A stretch of DNA of 13,868 nucleotides from contig JBCNVB010000009.1 of assembly GCA_039630415.1 (NCBI GenBank), positions 1-13,868 of the forward strand, written 5' to 3'. Source of the stretch: a bacterium. Lineage in GTDB: Bacteria > DRYD01. A program made the position numbers and the translations under genes. Under the pieces are notes generated by a model. The model made no database searches and was not told the DNA's origin. It worked only from the letters and a program-made list of their open reading frames with translations. Shown piece after piece: positions 8,010 through 13,868 of the stretch; the stretch's first letter is position 1, and each line of letters starts with the position of its first letter.

Positions 8010-8850
8010 AATAATCATTTCAGTCATTTTAGGTTTAGTATTATTCACATTTGTCTATTCCAACTCAGCATGGAAGATAAGAATAAAAGGAATAACAAGA
8101 GAAGTTAATACTAATCCGATAATAAAAGGAACATCAGTTTTTGTAGATATATACGATTTGAGTAATCTCTTCAAAATAGACTATGAAGTTAACCTAACAA
8201 GAAAATTAATAACTTTCTATAGGGATGTATCGATCACTGTGGAGAAGCCGGAAGAAAAGCAAGTAGAAAAGCCGATAGAAAAACCATCTGAAAAACAGCT
8301 TGAAAATCCTCCACAAAAACTAAACTCTCTTATGCTGAATAAAATAAATGCTATAAAAACTGTATTGATAGTTAATGCAATAAATGAAGTCAAAGAAATT
8401 GAAGATAATAATTACAGTACTTACTCTGAGGATATAGAAAATGTTCAGAAAGTATTGAATTCTTACTTTTCGGAAAAAGGTTTTAAGAGTATAGTGATCG
8501 ACAATAATTTTAGAATAGATAAGCTTGAAATACCAACCATAGTTAGATACTTAAAAGAAAAAGATATAGATGGTGCAATAGTACCAGTATTAAAAAAATA
8601 CTACTATTATGAAAAAGATGGCAATAATTTGGTTCCCACGGTTGAGTTACAGATAAACTATGTTCTAGTAAACCAAGCAGGTGAAATCGTATTTTTCAAT
8701 GTTCAGAATATAATCAGAAATTTAGCCATTATCTCAAGTAGTTCAGTTAGATATAGAAAATCAAAATTATTAGATCTTGTTAGAATGTCAGTAGATTTAT
8801 TTATTAGAGACTTTAACGAATATGTGCTAATCCTATCACAGGAGGGTTAA
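7972..8850 (+). CDS. Exported or membrane-anchored protein with a copper-amine-oxidase-N/stalk-like domain, an EKP linker and a C-terminal alpha/beta domain
   Basis: SD AGGAGG. Basic N-terminus plus hydrophobic IIISVILGLVLFTFVYSNSA. PIIKGTSVFVDIYDLSNLFKIDYEVNLTRKLITF resembles the stalk-domain pattern PIIxxGRTLVPLRxIxExLGxxVxWD. Confidence 0.7.
   Translation: MKNNSLKFKLLTKIIISVILGLVLFTFVYSNSAWKIRIKGITREVNTNPIIKGTSVFVDIYDLSNLFKIDYEVNLTRKLITFYRDVSITVEKPEEKQVEKPIEKPSEKQLENPPQKLNSLMLNKINAIKTVLIVNAINEVKEIEDNNYSTYSEDIENVQKVLNSYFSEKGFKSIVIDNNFRIDKLEIPTIVRYLKEKDIDGAIVPVLKKYYYYEKDGNNLVPTVELQINYVLVNQAGEIVFFNVQNIIRNLAIISSSSVRYRKSKLLDLVRMSVDLFIRDFNEYVLILSQEG
8239..8310 (+). repeat. In-frame 12-bp imperfect tandem repeat x6 (xEKP/xEKQ linker)
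   Basis: VEKP EEKQ VEKP IEKP SEKQ LENP, encoded by GTGGAGAAGCCG GAAGAAAAGCAA GTAGAAAAGCCG ATAGAAAAACCA TCTGAAAAACAG CTTGAAAATCCT. Confidence 0.7.
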
Positions 8851-8853
8851 AAA

Positions 8854-9615
8854 ATGAATTACCAAGATAACGATTACCAAGATAACGAGTACGAAGATAA
8901 CGAGTACAAACAAGAGGATATAACAGAAGAGGTTAAACCCCCATCAGCAGACTTTAAATTCAAAGAAAAAAGAAAAGAAGAAAGAAGAGTTCTAAATCCA
9001 GCTAGGTTAGTAAAGGTAGTAATTTATTATGATAATGATCTTGTGATAGAAAAGTGGGTAAGTGTAGTAGACGTATCAAGGCACGGAATGAAAATAATAC
9101 TCGACATACCTTTAAAATTAGCAGATAATGTTAAGATTGATTTTTATACTTCCAAAGAACCTGTATCCACAGAAGCAAGAATAGCTTGGTGTAAAGAGCT
9201 AGTTAGAGGTTCAGGATTGTTTGCTGCAGGACTAGATCTAGCCAAACTTAGTCAAGAAAATTACGAAATAATCAATAATTTTCTTATGAATTTTGCACCG
9301 TTTGAGGAAAGAAAAGCAGTTAGAGTAAAAAAACCTTTCCTTGTTGAGCTTCGCACAGAAAAAGAAACCAAAAGATTCTACACATATGCAGTGGATTTAT
9401 CTATAACAGGAATGAGAATTATTAGTGATTTTGAGCTAGATGCTGATGATATCGTACTTATTAAAGCTATATTAGGGCCTGATCAGACAGGATATATCAA
9501 AGCCAGAATAGTATGGCAACAAACTAAAAGCTTCGGAGTTATGATAGGAATTAACTTTATAGAAGCTAGTAATGAAGATATCAAAAAAATTAGTGACTTC
9601 ATATATGGAACATGA
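8854..9615 (+). CDS. Tandem PilZ-domain protein (putative c-di-GMP receptor)
   Basis: Two complete PilZ signatures: RKEER..DVSRHGMKI..ARIAW..GLDL and RKAVR..DLSITGMRI..ARIVW..GINF. SD AGGAGGG. Confidence 0.9.
   Translation: MNYQDNDYQDNEYEDNEYKQEDITEEVKPPSADFKFKEKRKEERRVLNPARLVKVVIYYDNDLVIEKWVSVVDVSRHGMKIILDIPLKLADNVKIDFYTSKEPVSTEARIAWCKELVRGSGLFAAGLDLAKLSQENYEIINNFLMNFAPFEERKAVRVKKPFLVELRTEKETKRFYTYAVDLSITGMRIISDFELDADDIVLIKAILGPDQTGYIKARIVWQQTKSFGVMIGINFIEASNEDIKKISDFIYGT
8860..8907 (+). repeat. In-frame 15-bp tandem repeat x3 (YQDND YQDNE YEDNE Y)
   Basis: TACCAAGATAACGAT TACCAAGATAACGAG TACGAAGATAACGAG TAC. Confidence 0.9.
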
Positions 9616-11135
9616 GTAAAGTGTATATAACAACACCTATATATTATCCAAACTCGGATCCACATGTAGGTACAGCATATACCACTATAGTAGCAGATTT
9701 CTTAGCAAGATACTATAGACAAAGAGGAAAAACAGTTTTCTACTTAACAGGAACTGATGAAAACAGTGTCAAAGTTGAAGAAGCTGCACAAAAACTTAAT
9801 AAACCTACAAAACAGTATGTAGACGAAATGGCAAGTATCTTTAGGGAAATATGGCAAAAATTAAATATCAGCTACGATAAATTCATTAGAACTACTGATG
9901 ATTACCATATTCAAACTGCTCAGTTTGTATTTCAGAAACTTTATGAAAAAGGATATATTTACAAGAGTTATTATGAGGGGTGGTACTGTAATAGTTGTGA
10001 AACTTTTTGGCCCTCATCTAAACTCGGAGATGAAAAAGTTTGTCCAAACATAGAGTGCAGAAAACCACTCACAATTGTTAAGGAAGATAATTATTTTTTC
10101 AAATTGTCAGATTTTCAAGAAAAACTTATTAAGTATTACGAGCAAAATCCAGATTCAATTTTTCCCAAAACACGATATAATGAAGTTTTATCTTTTATCA
10201 AAATGGGTCTTCAAGATATTTCAGTTAGCAGAAAAAACATAGAATGGGGAATAAAAGTTCCTTTTGACCCTAACTACACGATATATGTCTGGATAGATGC
10301 TTTGACGAACTACATTAGTGGCATAGGATATCCATATAATTTTGAAGAGGAATATTGGCAAAATGTTTATCATATAATGGGGAAAGACATTATAAGGTTT
10401 CATGCGGTAATTTGGCCTTCGATCCTGCTTGCATTAGGATTAGAACCTCCAAAAAAACTCATAGTTCACGGATGGCTTACTACTCCCGAAAATAAGAAAA
10501 TATCTAAATCAACAGGCGGAGATATATTCAAACTAAGAGAATTCATCTCAAATAACCCTGAACATATGATCATGGGACTGAGATACTACTTGTTAAAAGA
10601 AGGTAGTTTTGGAGAAGATATACCAATTAGTGTAGAAAGATATGTTCAGATTTACAACTCAGATTTGGCTAATAATGTAGGAAACTTGCTTTCAAGAATT
10701 GTAGCTTTAATACAAAAAAATCTTGAAAGTAAAGTATATAAAAAATCTTCACTGGAATTTATACCAACTCTTTACTCACAAGTTTTGAAAGAATACAACA
10801 AATATGTAGAAAACTTTGAATTTTCTAAGGCTATGGATATTATAATAGATTTCAGTAACCATCTGAATAAAAAGATAGAAGAAAATAGACCATGGGAAAT
10901 GAAGAATCAAAAAGATAAGTTAAACGATTTGATGTTCGAACTATGTTTAGGTTTAGTTGGTATATTTACTTTTCTTTATCCTGCTATACCTTATTCGAGT
11001 TACCAGGCACTTAATCAATTAGGTTTAGAGAAAATTTTAGATAAAGCTAGTTTTAATGTATCTGACTTGTATTTAGATGGTATTGAATCCTTCGAGATAA
11101 GGAGTAGGCAGGTACTTTTTCCTGCGATAAAATAG
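9612..11135 (+). CDS. metG: Methionine--tRNA ligase, short form without the C-terminal tRNA-binding appendix
   Basis: YITTPIYYPN, HVGT (HIGH variant), TGTDE, FIRTTD, Zn knuckle CNSC..CPNIEC, YVWIDAL, GKDIIRFH, KISKS, DLANNVGNLLSR. 507 aa. Confidence 0.97.
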   Translation: MSKVYITTPIYYPNSDPHVGTAYTTIVADFLARYYRQRGKTVFYLTGTDENSVKVEEAAQKLNKPTKQYVDEMASIFREIWQKLNISYDKFIRTTDDYHIQTAQFVFQKLYEKGYIYKSYYEGWYCNSCETFWPSSKLGDEKVCPNIECRKPLTIVKEDNYFFKLSDFQEKLIKYYEQNPDSIFPKTRYNEVLSFIKMGLQDISVSRKNIEWGIKVPFDPNYTIYVWIDALTNYISGIGYPYNFEEEYWQNVYHIMGKDIIRFHAVIWPSILLALGLEPPKKLIVHGWLTTPENKKISKSTGGDIFKLREFISNNPEHMIMGLRYYLLKEGSFGEDIPISVERYVQIYNSDLANNVGNLLSRIVALIQKNLESKVYKKSSLEFIPTLYSQVLKEYNKYVENFEFSKAMDIIIDFSNHLNKKIEENRPWEMKNQKDKLNDLMFELCLGLVGIFTFLYPAIPYSSYQALNQLGLEKILDKASFNVSDLYLDGIESFEIRSRQVLFPAIK

Positions 11136-11173
11136 TTTTCTTAAAGTTTTACTATAAAAGCTATAAAAAATAT

Positions 11174-11199
11174 AAGAGGGGCTTTAGTAAGCCCCTCTT
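11174..11199. terminator. Bidirectional intrinsic terminator between convergent metG and ORF 11239..11547
   Basis: Perfect 11-bp stem AAGAGGGGCTT-TAGT-AAGCCCCTCTT. T-rich tracts follow on both strands (TTTCGCTTTT on plus, TTATATTTTTT on minus). Confidence 0.9.
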
Positions 11200-11238
11200 T
11201 CGCTTTTGCTTTTTTAACTTTCTTGTTATTCTACTTAT

Positions 11239-11547
11239 CTATCCACCGCCGCCGCCACCAAGAGCTTTTGTCCATTGTTGAGCTATTTGCGATTGAGTTT
11301 TGAATGCGTTCATTCTGTTTTCTTCATGCATCTTTCTTATTGCTCTGTTTGTATCTAGGATCATTTTTTGCATTTCTTGTTGGTGCTTCTTTTCAGAGAG
11401 CATATCAGATAGCATGATGTTTTCTAGCTCTCTTCTGTTTTCATTACTAATAGACCATGCTCTTGCTCCGTTTATAAATGGGCTCCATGCTCTTTCTGTT
11501 GCCAAAGGCAACCCTTGTGTAGGATCAAACCATCCAAATATTGACAT
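11239..11547 (-). CDS. Small hypothetical helical protein (Q/M/E-rich) with a C-terminal hexa-glycine
   Basis: 102-aa ORF with a strong SD AAGGAGGTG (11554-11562), its own upstream region and a downstream terminator. Confidence 0.85.
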   Translation of the reverse strand: MSIFGWFDPTQGLPLATERAWSPFINGARAWSISNENRRELENIMLSDMLSEKKHQQEMQKMILDTNRAIRKMHEENRMNAFKTQSQIAQQWTKALGGGGGG

Positions 11548-11574
11548 CTTTTACACCTCCTTGCTTATCGTGTT

Positions 11575-11661
11575 CACTTTATATATGTCATAAAATCCCA
11601 AAAATTAAATACCAACCCGGAAAAGTTAACATTTTTTTTACAAAACCTGTAAGCTAACAAA
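11575..11661 (-). promoter_or_regulatory. Putative promoter and activator-binding array for ORF 11239..11547 (copy B of the shared motif)
   Basis: On the minus strand: TTTGTTAGCTTACAGGTTT (11661-11643), TGT-A8-TGTTAA (11642-11626), TTAA(11608-11605)-N15-GACATATATAAAGTG (11589-11575). Confidence 0.55.
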
Positions 11662-11693
11662 GGAACAAAACAAAAACTGTTGAACTACATTAT

Positions 11694-12830
11694 GTGAACT
11701 TCGAAGTAGTAATAACAGGCAATAGCTTTGCAACTAATAGTCTAATTTTTCTTCTTAACACCCACTTTAACATAAACATAGCAAATATAGTACCTGAAAT
11801 TTCAATGATAAGGGATATTAAACTATTTATGCCAGCAGCAACTCTTAAAAACCTCTCCATACCACTAAAAAAACTCTCAGATAAAAATGTAGCTTCTTTC
11901 AACAAAATACACCTCTTCCTTTACAATAATCAAAGAATACTCTCCCATAACAAAAAAATCATAGTATCAACTTCCCTCGAAAAACTAAAAAAAATACTAC
12001 TTAGCCTTTCCCCTAAACCTAAAAACATAAAAATTTTTCAAAATTCAATAAACGAAATATTCTACAATAACGACAAATTTTACATAAAATTGTCAAACAA
12101 CAAAATACTTACAACTCATTACCTCATAATCGGGGATGACTTTTGGGGTAATAGCTGGAATTTTATAAACTACAAACCCCATCACACAGGAGGATGGATA
12201 GTTAAAATACCCAACACTAAATCAATATCAACCATACCCTTCATAGCCCTAGGCTACTCAAAAAAAAGTCTAATTCTATCAGACAACCAAAACCTAATCT
12301 TTTCTAAACACATCGATAAAGAATATTCCATAGAAAACCTAATCATCAACTTTCTGACAAATAATCAGATCATAAAAAATATCATCCTATCAGATTGGAA
12401 TAAATATGTTCTACCCTTCTCAACCAAAGAACAAAACTTTCCAGAACACCTAAAGAATAAAAAAATATTCATCATTACAGAATATTTGGGCCTAACAAGT
12501 TGTTTATTACCAGATTTTACCTATCTAACATCCTTTCTAGTGAAAGAATTCATCGTAAATATCGATAAAACAGTTAACTCTTTCAAAGATTTCATCCCCT
12601 ACATAAATAAAGCAATTCAGTATAATCAAATATTTCTCAAAATAAATAACCTTATAAACAACTTTCCCTTGATGTTTTTTAATAACTCAGAAAAAGATGA
12701 AATACTAGTTGATTTACTTCTAGGAAACATAACCCCTTCAGAAGCAGATAGAATGTTTAAACAAATATTTGAATTCTACGATAGAAGATTTGAAGTAGTT
12801 TTATCAGCTAGGGCTCAAGAGGAAGAATAA
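11694..12830 (+). CDS. Degenerate FAD-dependent oxidoreductase-like protein (geranylgeranyl reductase / aromatic hydroxylase fold)
   Basis: GTG start, 378 aa. FEVVITGNSFAT sits at the DVxIVGxGPAG position, THYLIIGDD at the ADG motif, and IFIITEYLGLTSCLLPDF at the LLVGDAAGxxxPxxGEG motif. All three motifs are eroded. Confidence 0.6.
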   Translation: MNFEVVITGNSFATNSLIFLLNTHFNINIANIVPEISMIRDIKLFMPAATLKNLSIPLKKLSDKNVASFNKIHLFLYNNQRILSHNKKIIVSTSLEKLKKILLSLSPKPKNIKIFQNSINEIFYNNDKFYIKLSNNKILTTHYLIIGDDFWGNSWNFINYKPHHTGGWIVKIPNTKSISTIPFIALGYSKKSLILSDNQNLIFSKHIDKEYSIENLIINFLTNNQIIKNIILSDWNKYVLPFSTKEQNFPEHLKNKKIFIITEYLGLTSCLLPDFTYLTSFLVKEFIVNIDKTVNSFKDFIPYINKAIQYNQIFLKINNLINNFPLMFFNNSEKDEILVDLLLGNITPSEADRMFKQIFEFYDRRFEVVLSARAQEEE

Positions 12831-12834
12831 TACA

Positions 12835-13530
12835 TTACAATTTCCAACCACCAGAAACCTCTATCAACTGACCCGTTATATAGTCAGCATTAATCAGAAA
12901 TTCTACTACAGAGCATATTTCATCTAATCTAGCTGTCCTACCCATCGGTATTTCACTAATCGGTTTAGTAATGGAATTCTCAGCAACCCCAACACCTATA
13001 ACATTTACCGTAATCCCCTCTTTAGCCAACAACTTAGCTAAACTTTTCGCATATATTAAAACCCCCGTTTTCGCTATATTATACGCCGTCGTAAAAGGAT
13101 AAGCCATAACCTTATCAGTACCAGCAAAACCTATAAAGATTAACCTTCGCCTTATATACCCCAACATCCTTTGAGTCAATAAAAAACAACTATTCAAATT
13201 AGAATCAATTATGTACTTCCACTCCTCAAAACTCACCTGCCTTATATCTTTGTATAAATAGTCCCCAACATTGTTCACCAAAATATCCACCCAACCAAAC
13301 TTACCAACAATCAAATTCACCATATTATCCACTTCCACAGAGTCCATAATATTCGCCTTAATCACCGGAACTTGTATATTGAAATCCCTTTTTATAATCT
13401 CAGAAAATTCAACAGCTTCAGAATGACTAGTATTATAGTGAACAGGAACTATATATCCAAGGTTAAGTAACTTCAAAGTTACCGCCCTACCAATTCCTTT
13501 AACATTACCAGTAACCAAAGCAACTTTCAT
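12835..13530 (-). CDS. Short-chain dehydrogenase/reductase (classical SDR, FabG-like fold)
   Basis: VALVTGNVKGIG (TGxxxGIG), DILVNNVG, YNIAK (YxxxK), ITVNVI, IPMGR, YITGQLIEVSGG. Confidence 0.92.
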   Translation of the reverse strand: MKVALVTGNVKGIGRAVTLKLLNLGYIVPVHYNTSHSEAVEFSEIIKRDFNIQVPVIKANIMDSVEVDNMVNLIVGKFGWVDILVNNVGDYLYKDIRQVSFEEWKYIIDSNLNSCFLLTQRMLGYIRRRLIFIGFAGTDKVMAYPFTTAYNIAKTGVLIYAKSLAKLLAKEGITVNVIGVGVAENSITKPISEIPMGRTARLDEICSVVEFLINADYITGQLIEVSGGWKL

Positions 13531-13551
13531 AACAGATAAATAATAGCAACA

Positions 13552-13868
13552 CTATTCTATTCTTACTGCAAAAAATCTAAAGTCTCCAAGAGCAATACTT
13601 GAAAAATAAGCACCTCTAATGTTAGTAGCTGGAAAAACTCTACTTGTACCTACTATAAACAGCCTACCAAATCGATCTATAATCATATCATTTGCTACAT
13701 CTTCTGCACCTATTCCAGCTATATCATTCAATATCAAATATCCATTATTTCCAAATGAAGTATCTAACTGACCTTGAGAGTTTAATTTAAACAAAACTAT
13801 ACTCTGATCCTGTAATCCTATACTATTTCCAGCTACAAATATCTCACCATTGCTATTTATAGCCAAGC
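13552..13868 (-). CDS. C-terminal part of a delta-60-repeat beta-propeller protein (runs off the window)
   Basis: AINSNGEIFVAG..LFKLNSQGQLDTSFGNNG and IDRFGRLFIVG match the delta-60 repeat pattern (QxDGKIxVAG..RLNxDGSLDxSF). The frame is open to the window edge. Confidence 0.8.
   Translation of the reverse strand, partial: LAINSNGEIFVAGNSIGLQDQSIVLFKLNSQGQLDTSFGNNGYLILNDIAGIGAEDVANDMIIDRFGRLFIVGTSRVFPATNIRGAYFSSIALGDFRFFAVRIE

Noticed and set aside
8860-8907. Tandem repeats (also 2382-2426 and 8239-8310) as a CRISPR array
   Set aside because: The units are 9-15 bp, contiguous, in-frame and have no spacers. No cas genes are present.
2546-10403. Short minus-strand ORFs 2546..2788, 6156..6401, 9483..9665 and 10221..10403
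   Set aside because: They are antisense to well-supported genes. Their hydrophobic look comes from the A-rich sense strand.
11300-11905. ORFs 11300..11593 (+) and 11690..11905 (-)
   Set aside because: They overlap better-supported opposite-strand ORFs: one with a strong SD and terminator, the other with a much longer frame.
12835-13530. Naming the SDR fabG
   Set aside because: There is no fatty-acid synthesis context, and it has NNVG and FAG where FabG typically has NNAG and ISS. The substrate cannot be assigned.

Overview
Strongly AT-rich bacterial chromosomal segment, mostly housekeeping. Left arm on the minus strand: mtnA, tRNA-Ala(TGC), a single-chain transketolase and the first 22 codons of a Kce/BKACE (DUF849) enzyme missed by the ORF track. 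Centre: a tightly coupled plus-strand run, tyrS - orphan - prfA - DUF116-like Cys protein - exported protein - tandem-PilZ protein - metG, closed by a bidirectional terminator. Right: a degenerate flavin-reductase-like ORF, an SDR and a partial delta-60-repeat protein. The most striking unexplained signal concerns two isolated orphan genes about 9 kb apart: a 307-aa glycine-zipper protein (2154..3077 +) and a 102-aa Q/M-rich helical protein with a Gly6 tail (11239..11547 -). They share the same upstream architecture: a TTTGTTA..GTTT box, a TGT-A8/9-TGT repeat, and exactly 42 nt later a G(C/A)C-AT-rich-GTG core. This suggests a dispersed regulon of possibly secreted, translocator/pilin-like proteins. 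Two apparent enzyme relics (ornithine-transcarbamylase-like and geranylgeranyl-reductase-like) and a local GC-skew reversal also deserve a look. All family calls come from motif recognition by eye; no searches were run.
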